The position numbers and the translations under genes are program-made. Positions 52,389-64,000 of a stretch of 64,000 nucleotides of DNA are shown here, piece after piece. Positions within the stretch are counted from its first letter, which is position 1. The number at the start of each line of letters is the position of its first letter. A model generated the notes under the pieces. That model ran no database searches, was not told where the DNA came from, and saw nothing but the letters and a program-made list of their open reading frames with translations. The DNA is from Felis catus (taxonomy: Eukaryota): contig NC_058369.1 of the NCBI RefSeq assembly GCF_018350175.1, positions 18,416,001-18,480,000 on the forward strand, given 5' to 3'.

Positions 52389-53170
52389 CTGCGTGAGGGA
52401 AGAGCAGCTAGAACCCGGGACCGCGAGGGGAGGGGAAACGTTCGGACCACAAACCAGAAGTTCCTCGGTGAGTTACAATCCCTAGGCGGACTCAAAACCC
52501 AGACGGGACAAAAGCAAGTGGCCCGCCTCTCTGCTGCCAGGGCCTGCGGCTGTGCGGCCCGCGCGCCCGCTGGTGCTCCCAGCCCGGGTTGCACGCCTAC
52601 CCCGCTCTGCCCCGCGCGGCGTACCTGATGCCCGAACTGGTTGCATGGGAAGCCGAGCACGACCAGGCCCCGGGGCCCGAGGCGCCGCTGCAGCTCGTTC
52701 ATCTGGGTGTAGTCCCGGACCGTTGTGCCTCAGAGCGACGCCACATTCTCGATGAGCAGCACCTTGCCCCGCAGGGAACCCAGGCTCATGGGCTCCCCGC
52801 CGGCCAACGGGCGTGCAGAGAAGGAATACACGGAGCGCGGGGCCGCTGCGGCGAGGGCGGCGGCCGCGAGCGGAGCAGCGCACATGGCGGACTGTCGGAC
52901 AAGAGTGCAGTGCACAATAGTGCCGAGCTTCGGCTTGGGACAGTGCTGACTGTGGGGTCACGTGGCGAAGGCACTTTTCCGGCAGCTCCTCCACCCTCGG
53001 CCCCGCCTCATCCGGCCTCCTCCCTCTCCAGCCGGGCGGGAGGGTGCGGCCAGGCCGGATGCGGGCACCGCCCAGGCAGTGCGGAGCCCCAGGCAGGCTA
53101 GGTCAAGTCTAAGCGACGCTGCGGCATTCGCGCGAGTTACCCCGCCCAGGGCTCGCGTCCAAGAGAACTC
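52060..53170. promoter_or_regulatory. GPX1 CpG island and promoter
   Basis: CpG-dense across the gene and upstream; GTCACGTG E-box at 52957-52964; GC boxes at ~53000-53040 and ~53140. Confidence 0.8.
52625..52885 (-). CDS. GPX1: Glutathione peroxidase 1 exon 1, with in-frame UGA (Sec52) at 52730-52732
   Basis: CCGCCATG start; [87 protein letters not shown]; donor GTACGC. Confidence 0.98.
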
Positions 53171-53954
53171 CGATTATTTCTCAAAGGCTTTTAGTAAAGG
53201 GTTAGGGCAGAACCCAAGGGGACTGGCCAGCAACAGCAGTGAGTGCCGCGTCTTGCAGTCTGTGCCCTATTGTCTCCAGGCGCACAGAGCAAGTTGTAAC
53301 TTGCGGTGTTGGTGCAGTTGGCAGTGGCTGCCAAGGTAAGTTCTCTCTGCAATGAGGCGCTGTGGCTCTAATAAGGTCAAGTTGGAGGAAAGTGGTCAAC
53401 GCCCGGGACTCGCTCAGGCTCCGGCTCCAAATTCCAGCTGTAACTCATTTCCCTGCTTTCTGGGGCTGCCTGGAGCATATTCTTGTCCACACCTCCAGTG
53501 TGACACTGCCCTTAACACTGGTTTTCCCAAGGAGTCACTTAGGCCCAGCACCAGCCTTCTGGAGTGGACCCAATCGACTTCAGGCCATCCTCCATACCTA
53601 ATAACCTTAACCCCAGACTCAGGCCTGTAAGTATTAGACACTGAAAATGGGCAGGAAATGAAAAATGTCACACTCCTAAGATTTGTCCAGAGGAGTGACT
53701 GCTTGGAGTGCCCCTCACTCTCCTCAATACACTACATTCCCCACACTAAGCCACTTACGAACTTGAATATGACACAAAATAATTGTTTCCACCTTCTTAG
53801 GAGGAGCCAGGTTAGTGCCAGATTAGGGGGTAGGGTGGGGGGGGGGGGCAAACGTAGCATATTTCACAGTCTGAAGGAACCTTCCAAGGACAGCTAGGCT
53901 GGGTATATCCTCCCACTCCCAGCCCTGGAGAGAGCAACACAAACACGAGGATAC

Positions 53955-55043
53955 AGGAAGTTTAGAAAACTGCCTTTATTCTATTAGTAGTTGGAAAAAT
54001 TAACTGGTACAGAAAAAAAGTTTAGTCAGCTGGAGAGAAGTGAGAAACTGAGTGCCGCCTAAGAGAACTGGCGGCTCCTCTGGGAGGGAACCTGGATACA
54101 GTGAGGAAAGGGAGCCTGTGAACTAGAGCCAGAGCCTGCAGTCCAGGTGAGACAGGCTATGCCACCTTCTGAAGTGTCTAAATGCCTCAGGCATGAAACC
54201 AAATTCCTATTTCTTTAGCCCAGCTCTTGGGAGGGGGTACTAGGATATGTGGGGCCGAAAACAGGTGATATGGCCATCTTTTATCAGAGAAACTGACAAA
54301 ACGGGAATTTTAAAAATGAATTTTCCATCTGACTTTATTTTCAAATACACTTTCTTTTTTAAAAAACCAATACACTTTCTGCAGGGATGACAAATATCAG
54401 TATTAGGAAATCCAATTATACAAAAAATACTACATCTAGTCTGGGGTAGATATATTTATTTTTTGGTAACATACATTAAGTGGCACTAATTACACAGTAA
54501 CTATAAGGTAACTAACATGAAACCACGGAACTGTAACTCTGCCACAGCTGCATGGACTTGGACCTTTCTGGATGAGCACATTTTCAAAAAAATTGGATGC
54601 CCATCACAGAGTTATGCCAATATAATCTGTTAAGGAGTAAAGCTCTGAAGTAGTGACTCACCAGAGTACCTTGCAGCTGACAGATGACAGGCAGGACATG
54701 TTAGTTATAAAGTAGTTACAGCCTAATTCACAAAAGTTACCAACTGTTTCTCTTTCTAGAAAGAAGCAAGAAGTTAAGAAATTCCTTGAATTAGCGCCTG
54801 GTGTGTCAGGTGGGAGTGCAGAGGAGGGCTGTTAAAGAGCGGTGTCAGAAGGACCCCGGTGGTCAGGTGGGTTGGACATCATTAATAATCATGGTTGGCT
54901 TCTAAATACTGGTAGCAAGATGACTTCTGATTTGTAATCTTAGGTAAATTATAGATAAATGAAAAAGGCCAGTAATCATACACTAAGATTAATAAACAGC
55001 ACTTCAAAATTAACCGCATGAGGGCTGTGCTTGCAGCAGGGTT
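53955..55043 (-). other. RHOA: RHOA 3'UTR with three AATAAA hexamers
   Basis: Repeat-free AT-rich sequence after the stop codon; TTTATT on + at 54455-54460, 54334-54339 and 53975-53980; the 3' end is inferred. Confidence 0.8.
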
Positions 55044-55217
<174 letters not shown>

Positions 55218-56154
55218 CTAAGCAAAGAGAAAAGAGCAGTTTCAGTTAAGCGTCACATATATGAAGTGTAGAGTACTCAAATTCAGCTTTAAAGGCTTCT
55301 TTTAAAAGCTGCCAGTAATAATTATGATAATAAAAAAATAAAAAATAAGTGCTGCCAAACCCAGATTTGAATTCTGTCTTATGAAACTCATATGCAGTGA
55401 CCCTCCCCAGCTCTAATATAAAATCCCTATTAAACAAGCTCTTCTCTGAGAAGTTGAGAGAAAGGAGGGAGAGGCCTGAGAAGTCCTGCCGGGTTAAGCA
55501 GGGAATCAAGGGAAAAATTATTCAAGCTATTGATCCAGGGTAAGCACTGGGGTTCCTGTAGTTAGCTTCACAGAGGACTGAATGCCCACGGAAGTAAACA
55601 GATCCTGACCTTGACATTCAGACAGAGAAACCTCAGTGGGAAAACCTAGACTAAAGATCTCAAGGCTCTTGTCCTGCGTGGTGGAAGCCCTGCCATTGGG
55701 CCACCTGGCTTCTCAGAAGCCAAGATGTCAACTCCATCATCATTTTATAAAGGCATCAGGGCTCTGTCTGGACTCCCTGTCCTCAGGATTTCCGAACCCT
55801 TTGGTTGCCACCAATTTAATCTTTGGCCTCACATATACCAAGGTAATAACTGGAGAGGGAAATCAAGAGTCTGATAGAGTTTTTGCATTTGGAGCATTGA
55901 CTACTGCTGATGGTCCCTTCTCAGGCAGGCAATCCTTGGAGGCACAGCGCTATCCCACAGGAGAGGTTCCTATCTCATATGAGTAGGGAGTCTTAGGGAC
56001 CCTCTGTGCGGGCCCCAGTGAATGAGGGACAGATGGAGAACGATAGACTTCTGGGACCCTCTTTGAAACAGCATGGCTATTTCTACTGGGCCTCCTGAAC
56101 ATCCAACCTTGGGTTCAAGAATGCTATAGGAAAACAGAGCCCTGCCCCAGATCA

Positions 56155-56325
<171 letters not shown>

Positions 56326-57336
56326 CTATCTTGAAGAATCTCCAAGAGCCCTAGCTAAACTGCAAAGAAACTATTTAACAAGCATGCTGGATATTTAATG
56401 GAATCTCACTCGTTTCAAAACCACAGTAAAAGCAAAATCCAACCCCCTTCCCTTAGGCACAGAATCATCAGCTTTTTCTCAGTTCCCACTGAAGAGCTCA
56501 CCTCCTGTGGAAGTGGGACCCAGTTAAAGTCTCTGGAGGAGGAAAGGTTCCAGAACACAGGGTGGCTCCACAATGATACAACCTGACTGAAGGAGGGAAG
56601 CTATCCATGGACCATCTCTGTCACTGCTGGCTAGTAACTCTGACCACATCTTACAGAAAAGGTCTCCATTCTACGGTTGCAGCTGGCCCAGCCAGGGTCT
56701 ACATGTTCTCTCTACACCTAGCTTATGGACCTTTAGTATGACCCCTATCGTGTAGGTTATTGGTATTTCAAATGGCTCAAGAATGACTTCTGAAAATGAG
56801 TGATAACCAGCTGTAGCTTCTTGCCAATACTCTACTAATTTAAAAAGGTTGGACATACATCATGGAGTGTGAGTGGCCTGGGTTCAACCTCCCATAACCA
56901 CTGCCTTGGGCATCTCAGTGTCAGGCATGATTTTATAAAAGGGGGATAACAGTAATACCTACCTTACATATGATTATTCTGAGTCCACACATACGAAGTA
57001 CTTAGTATGACAATCATTTAAATGTCTGCTTATAATTTGAGTCTATATTTTAGAAGTAAACTGTTTGCTCCATGACTTCAAGACAAATTACCAAAAAGAC
57101 AAGAGTTACTTAGAATACAGAAAGATGCTCTGTCTTCTGGCTGAAAGACCAAATCAGGTAAAGAAACTACATGAGGGAGGTCAGGAAACTCCTGTAATTC
57201 AATGCTCCACTCTTCAGCACACAGGATTGACACTTGAATGCTTCCTTCTTCCTTTGTTATAGCAGCCACAGAGTTGACTGTATCACTAATGTTGTAACTT
57301 GATACTCAAAGCTTTCTTCTGAAACAAAGAGTTTCT

Positions 57337-60300
57337 CTTTTTTTTTAAAAAAAAATTTTTTTTTTTAATGTTTATTTATTTTTGAGACAGAGAGAGACAG
57401 AGCATGAACGGGGGAGGGGCAGAGAGAGAGGGAGACACAGAATCGGAAGCAGGCTCCAGGCTCTGAGCCATCAGCCCAGAGCCCGACGCGGGGCTCGAAC
57501 TCACGGACCGCGAGATTGTGACCTGAGCTGAAGTCGGCCGCTTACCCAACTGAGCCACCCAGGTGCCCCAACAGTGATCACTTTAAAAGGTAAGTGAGAC
57601 ATCACTCCCTTGTTCAAACCTTCCAAGAGCTCCAATCTCATGAGGAAAAAGGAAAGGTCCACACCATTAACCACATTGCTCTACAACCCTCACTGCCACC
57701 CCTGCTGCTACACTGGATTCCTTCCCTCCTCTTCTTGCCTCAGTGACTTTGCACCTGCTGTTCTCTCTACCTGGAAGGCTGTTTTGTTGGATATCTGTAT
57801 TGGCTTCCCTCAGTTAATTTAGGTGTCTCTCAGAAGTCACCTTTTTAGTTGGGTTGCTGACCATCCATCCCATGGTCATCCTCTGAAACAGAATATTACC
57901 ATGGACCACTCCATACCACCTCCACGAATGTTATTTTTCCTTTTTTAAAAAAAAATTTTTTTGGGGCGCCTGGGTGGCTCAGTCGGTTAAATGTCCAACT
58001 TCAGCTCAGGTCATGATCTCATGGTCCGTTGAGTTCGAGCCCTGCGTCGGGCTCTGTGCTGACAGATCAGAGCCTGGAGCCTGCTTCGGATTCTGTGTCT
58101 CCCTCTCTCTCTGACCCTCCCCTGTTCATGCTCTGTCTCTGTCTCAAAAATAAATAAACAATAAAAAAAAAATTAAAAAAAAATTTTAATGTTTATTTAT
58201 TTTTGAGACAGAGAGAGACAGAGCATGAGCAGGGGAGAGGTAGAGAGAGAGAGGGGGACACAGAATCCGAAGCAGGCTCCAGGCTCTGAGCTGTCAGCAC
58301 AGGGCCCGACGGGGCCCAAACCCATGAACTGGGAGATCATGACCTGAGCTCAAGTCAGCTGCCTAACCAACTGAGCCACCCAGGCACCCCTCCATGAAAG
58401 TTATTTGTGAAATTTCTTGCTATCAGATTTACCATTAAGTTTTCTGGGTTTACAGTTGTTCTTGCTTTTGTCTCCCTTAATCTAGAAGAAGTTTCTTCTA
58501 CAAATAGGTGGTCAATAATATTTGGTGAATATATGAAATTATTACTCCAGGGGCACCAGGGTGGCTCAGCTAGTTGAGCATCGACTCTTGATTTCAGCCT
58601 AGGTCATGATCTCATGGTTCGTGGGTTCAAGCCCCACGTTGGACTGTGTGACACAGCAGATCCAGCTTGGGATTCCTTCTCTCTGCTCCTCCCCTGCTCA
58701 TGCTCTCTCTCTCAAAATAAATAATAGACATAAAAAAGAGGGGGGTGCTTGGGTGGCTCAGTCATTAAGTATCTGACTTTGGTTCAGGTCATGATCTCAC
58801 AGTTCATGAGTTCGAGTTCCACATCAGGTGAGCATGAGCCCTGCTTCAGGTAAAAACAGGAGCCCTGGGTGAGTCCCGCTTCTCTCTCTCTCTGCCCCTT
58901 ATGGGATTCTCTCTTTTTCTCTCTGCCCCTCACTCACTTGCACCTTCTCTCTCTCTTAAACAAAACAAAACAAAAAGAGAAATTATTACTCCAATGGTCT
59001 CCCTACCCCTGGAACTCAAGAAACATAAATTAAAATTAAAATGAATTGCTTCTGTCTTACCTTGCCGCTTTTCATAAAGAGAACGAATTCTTATCATCAA
59101 CAGAGATCAGCAAATAAAATCTTGTCTGGAGTCTTTTTTAATTTTTTAATTCTATTCATTTTTGAGAGAAAGCGCATGAGCAGGGGAGGGGCAGAGAAAG
59201 AGGGACTTGAATCCATAAACTGTGAGATCATGACCTGAGCCAAGGTCAGATGTTTAACCAACTAAGCCATCCAGGTGCCCCTGGAGTCTATTTTTATAAG
59301 TAAAGTTTTACTGGAATACAGCCAAGTTCATTCATTTATATATTTTCTATATATATTTTCTATGGCTGCTATATTTTCTATGGTTGCTTTTGTGATACAA
59401 CAACAGAGTTGAATAGTTGCAACAGAAAACATATGGCCAAGATTAAGTTTTTACTATTTGGTCTTTTACAAGTTTGCTACCCCAGCTCTCAACTAGAATA
59501 CAGACTAGAGACCAATTGCCAGTCATGATCTGGCATGGTCATAGATAGCAGAGGCTCTAAAAAGTAAATTATCATAGGACTGGCTGGCAGCAGGGCTGAA
59601 ACTCTCACACAGAAATTCTGATTCCTGATCAAACTTGCCATCCTACATCTAGATGCAGCGCCATGGTCTAACATCCAATCAAATAAATCAAGTCCAGCAT
59701 TAGGTTGACATTAGCTTTTCATTTTCTCGATCCAGACTTTTTTTTCTTAAAAAAACAAAACAAAACATTTTTTTAAATGTGTATTTATTTTTGAGACAAT
59801 GCGAGAAACAGAGTGCAAGCAGCGGAGGGGCAGACAGAGGGAGACACAGAATCTGAAGTGGGCTCCAGGCTCTAAGCTGTCAGCCCAGAGCCCGATGTGG
59901 GGCTCGAACTCATGAACCGTGAGATCATGACCTGAACCGAAGTCGGACGCTTAACTGACTGAGACATTCAGGTGCCCCAGACTTTTTTTTTTCTAATTAA
60001 GTAATCTCTATGCCCAATGTGGGGATCAAACTCACAACCCCAAGATCAAAAGTCACAGGGTCTACAGACTGAGTCAGCCAGGCATCCCTTGATCCAGGCT
60101 TTTGTGTTCCCTTAACACATTTTACTTAGGCAAACTACTGGTGGGATTCTCCCCTACACCCAAGCCAAAACAAATTTTTAAAGGGCTTTGGCAGGGGCGC
60201 CTGGGTGGCTCAGTCGGTTAAGCGGCCGACTTCGGCTCAGGTCATGATCTCACGGTCCGTGAGTTCGAGCCCCGCGTCGGGCTCTGTGCTGACAGCTCAG

Positions 60301-60420
60301 AGCTTGGAGCCTGTTTCAGATTCTGTGTCTCCCTTTCTCTGACCCTCCCCTGTTCATGCTCTGTCTCTCCCTGTCTCAAAAATAAATAAAAACCGTTAAA
60401 AAAAATAAAATAAAATAAAG
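57337..60420. mobile_element. CAN-SINE cluster in RHOA intron 3 (57337 -, 57963 +, 58183 -, 58549 +, 58741 +, 59133 -, 59738 -, 59982 -, 60194 +)
   Basis: SINE heads and tails; several TSDs, e.g. AAAGGGCTTTGGCA around the copy at 60194. Confidence 0.88.
59098..59490. mobile_element. MER58A-like hAT element interrupted by a SINE
   Basis: TAAAGTTTTACTGGAATACAGCCA...CAGAGTTGAATAGTTGCAACAGA...TTTACTATTTGGTCTTTTACAAGTTTGC. Confidence 0.7.
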
Positions 60421-61940
60421 GGCTTTGGCAAAATGAAGCTAGTTCAGTCATCTGAGCCAAAGTCAGAAGCTTAATGACTGAGCTACCCAGGCACTTTATT
60501 TTTTGTGTTTTTTTTTTTTTTTAAAGGAGCTCCACCTACCTACCACACTCCTGCAGTGACTTCCAGGGAAGGCAGAGTATCTATCCTCCAACATCAAACC
60601 CTCTCCCCAGGTGTGTCTGTACTTCAGAGATCCATCTCTCTGCCTCTTTACTTTCTACATCTGCTCTCCTCCCCAGAGCCTACCCTCTGGGGGGAAGGGC
60701 CAGTAGGAAATAAGTCATGGCCAGTAAACAGAGGTCAAAAGCTGAAGAACCTCCTTTGAGACAGGAGACAGGTTCTTTAAAAAGTGAGACTGAAGAGTAA
60801 CTTTCTGCTCTGAAGGTGTTTTTGTCCCTAGAGGACTATACCTTGGATGATGAGCTACAGGGCACACATTCCTCTTCATTCCTATAGGACTTAGACAAAG
60901 TCCATGATGTGTATATGAGGGGAGGGTTTCATATGGCTCTATTTTTCTGTGGTCTAAAGCTCTGCCCCACCCTCTAGGGCCTTCCAACGGCCCCCCCCAA
61001 AGGAAGCCAGATTTGTTTGAAAAACCAAAACTAAAACAACTATTGAAAATGACCAAAGCGAACCAATGGCAGAGAGTACTTGCTCTGTTTCAGTCCTAGG
61101 AGATACTGCCCAGAGGCTCAATCTCAGGTTGACTCCTTGGGATGCATAACTTTGATCAAGTGGTTCAAAATCTTGGAGGGACCCAGTATATTGTCATTAA
61201 AATGAGTACATCCATGACAAAAAAAAAAAAAAGTCACATAACCCTAACTGGTCAGCATAAGCCCACACCACCAACAGGCTCTCCAAGGTTGTTTGTTAAT
61301 GACAATATTCTTGGCCCACATGCTACTCTGTCGATATAGAGCACTGCATTATCAAGAGAGATATTTTGTCGTCTTCAAGTAAGTACAAACTGAAAGTAAG
61401 TTCTGTTTCAGGCCTTGGTGCCTTGTTTAGCAGAGTGTGAGGTCAGTGTTATTCAGTCTTTTTCTGAAGGAAAGTAGCTACTGAGACAAGTCACCAACTG
61501 AGCTAGTGGAAAAGTGAAGTTCAAGTCTCTCTTTATTAGCTAAGACACTTTAGAAAAGAGCTAAAATGGAGCTTTGAAAACACTACTAAGAAAGAGAAAA
61601 TCAGAAGATACTAGAAGGCAACAAGCTCAATATGAAGTATTGAAAAAAGGTGTGGGCACCCACAAAAACTTCCCCAAATCTTAGTCTAAAAGATGGGTTT
61701 ATATTTGGAACCCAGCTACTTTACAAGGTAGACACATGGCAGCTATGGGAGAACTAGGCTGAAAAGCCACCCAGGCCCAGGCTGTATAGTCCCAAGGCTC
61801 TAGGATTCTGGCCACTGATGATTCCTTCTATGAAGATCACGTTTGCTTTTCAACCACTTGATGCCCAGAAAGGACCTGAGAAACCAGGTGCTGGCCAGGC
61901 ACACAGGCAGTGACAAACATCAGGCTGCAGGGCTACTCAC

Positions 61941-62061
61941 CTAAACTATCAGGGCTGTCAATGGAGAAACACATCAGTATAACATCAGTGTCCGGATAGG
62001 AGAGAGGCCTCAAGCGATCATAATCTTCCTGCCCAGCTGTATCCCACAAAGCCAACTCTAC
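61941..62061 (-). CDS. RHOA: RhoA exon 3 (switch II)
   Basis: [40 protein letters not shown]; 121 nt; AG/GTGAG; upstream exons lie beyond the right edge. Confidence 0.98.
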
Positions 62062-63129
62062 CTGTGATAAGAAAAATAAACACATGAGTGCAAGGTTAAT
62101 CCTACCCATTTTCAGAAGTGGTACTTACCAAAGTACATTCAAATGGCAAACTATCCCAAATAATAAAACATAAGAATGTTCACTTTTATTAAGCATCAAG
62201 CCTGAGGTGGAGGGTATGATTAAATTGTTTCAGGTTGAGGGGCACCTGAGTGGCTTAGTCAGTTGAATGTCCAACTCCTGGTTTTGGCTCAGGTCATGAT
62301 CTCACAGTTTGTGAGTTTGAGCCCGGCGTCAGGCTCCGTGCTGATGGCACAGAGCCGGCTTGGGATTTTGCCTCCCTCTCTCTGTGTCCCTCCCCCGCTT
62401 GTACACGCAAAACAAACATTTAAATAATAATAATAGTAATAGTAGTAGTAGTTTTAGGCTGAAATTTCTCAAAATACTATACTTACATAATTCAAAATGT
62501 GAAGTCAAAAATAACTTTGTGAGAAGTACAGTATTTAATTATAAACAACATTCTACATAGAAAAGCAGATGAACAAGAAGGGAAATCAAACTGTAAATAA
62601 TATTCCACCAGGTGTATACGGCAAGACAGGGAAACACCAGACCTGAGTAACTTTTGCTAATACATTCTAACTCAACCACTTCCTTGTTTTGTCTCCTCAT
62701 TCTGCTCAAATGTGGAAACACGGAGAGAAGACTGTATTTGAGTTGATGGGTAAGAAAAGACACCATGCTGTTAGGCAAGGTCTGAGCGGACAGGAAAGGT
62801 CTCTGGCTGTGCGTTTTCTCCTCAAAAAATGTTTGAATGAAAGCATCACTAAGGTAGCAGAGTACTCCTTTCGCACTTGGGAACCTGCACACCTTCACGT
62901 GATAGGAGGGCAAACTGATGATTGGGCTCTGGACATAGGTCCCTTTCCATGTTGTCCAGCACTGCAGGCAGCCCTGTGATTTCCCACAACCAGAGTGGGA
63001 TTTTAATATCTTCTGCTCAGGGACACGTTGGGGCCCAAGGAGCTCTCCCTCTAATATGTGGAATACTCTTTTTCTCCTAGAACCTTCACAGTCTGTATTT
63101 AAAAATTTTTTAATGTTTATTTTCTGTTT

Positions 63130-63166
<37 letters not shown>

Positions 63167-64000
63167 TGCAGGGGAGGGGCAGAGAGAGAGGAAGACAGAA
63201 GATCTGAAGTGGGCTCTGCACTGACAGCAGAGAGCCCGATGCAGGGCCCTAACTCATGAACCACGAGATCACGACCCAAGCCAAAGTCAGAGTCTTAACC
63301 GACTGAGCCACCCAGAAGTCCCACTCTGCCTGTATTTCAGAATTTCTACATATCATTCTTTCCTTAAAGTTGATGGCTAATTATCTCTTCCACCCTCAAT
63401 CTTTGCCCTAGGATGCATCACTCACAACCTCCACTAGGCCCATTGCACTTGTCATGTACATACACCATTAGTTGGGTATGTGTATTTACTTATTAAAAAA
63501 TTTTTCTCATTTATCTTTTATTAGAGAGAGCGCAAGCGCGTGCACATGCAGAGGGAAAGAGAGGGAATCCCAAGCAGGCTCCATGCTTAGTGCAGAGCTC
63601 GATGTGGGGCTTGATTCCACAACCCTGGCATCATGCATGACCTGAGCTGAAACCAAGAATAACACATTCAACCAAATGAGCCATGCAGGTACCTCTGGTA
63701 TGTATATTTATAATATATTGATATCAATATCAATCAATATTGATTATCAATATAATCTTTGTGATAATATATCTATTATCACAATAGACCTGCCCTCAGA
63801 ATGGTACAGCTCATTCACTCTCTGCCAGATCACACTACCTTGACCCCTCCATGCCTCATGTGTATTTAGTCAGATACATCCAACCATGACTGTCTCCTGA
63901 TAAATGGTTCAGGTGTTGGACCTTGTCTCTTATCAGAATGGGCCTTTCCGTCTTTGGTATGTCTGTTCCTGGAACCACAATCACCTAGAATCTTGGATGG

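Noticed and set aside
52730..52732. GPX1 as a pseudogene with a premature stop
   Set aside because: The TGA is at the Sec position; the intron, SECIS, CpG island and synteny are all intact
51990..53339. Several long ORFs (125-212 aa) overlapping GPX1 in other frames or antisense
   Set aside because: Shadow ORFs of GC-rich coding sequence with no independent coding signal
53826..53848. G-runs as functional G-quadruplexes (also ~38710, ~39610, ~41891)
   Set aside because: Mostly homopolymer runs, often next to SINEs; no evidence of function from sequence alone
57275..57336. Possible extra sequence between an L2 break and a SINE tail
   Set aside because: No convincing TSD could be identified, so a transduction cannot be supported
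62539..63279. 246-aa minus-strand ORF in RHOA intron 2
   Set aside because: Begins inside a SINE, runs through its (CT)n tract (SLSLSL) and has no recognisable homology

Overview
Mammalian genomic DNA, almost certainly from a felid: it is dense with carnivore tRNA-derived CAN-SINEs, including young felid-type copies. The window covers the conserved USP4-GPX1-RHOA block, with all three genes on the minus strand. It holds USP4 coding exons 1-18 (43147 down to 299; the gene continues off the left edge), the complete two-exon selenoprotein gene GPX1 (in-frame UGA-Sec codon plus a 3'UTR SECIS), and RHOA exons 3-5 with the 3'UTR (the 5' part lies off the right edge). Introns and intergenic DNA are mostly SINE, L1, L2, MIR, LTR and hAT relics. 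I found no evidence of a new multi-gene system. The most notable unannotated structure is an L1 insertion in USP4 intron 9 with the signature of a ~460-bp 3' transduction. Other points of interest are a GC-AG intron in RHOA, an out-of-frame uORF overlapping the USP4 start, candidate erythroid and p53 elements around GPX1, and a cluster of nested palindromes. Exon boundaries were read by hand and are phase-consistent. Repeat family names and edges come from recalled consensus sequences and are approximate.
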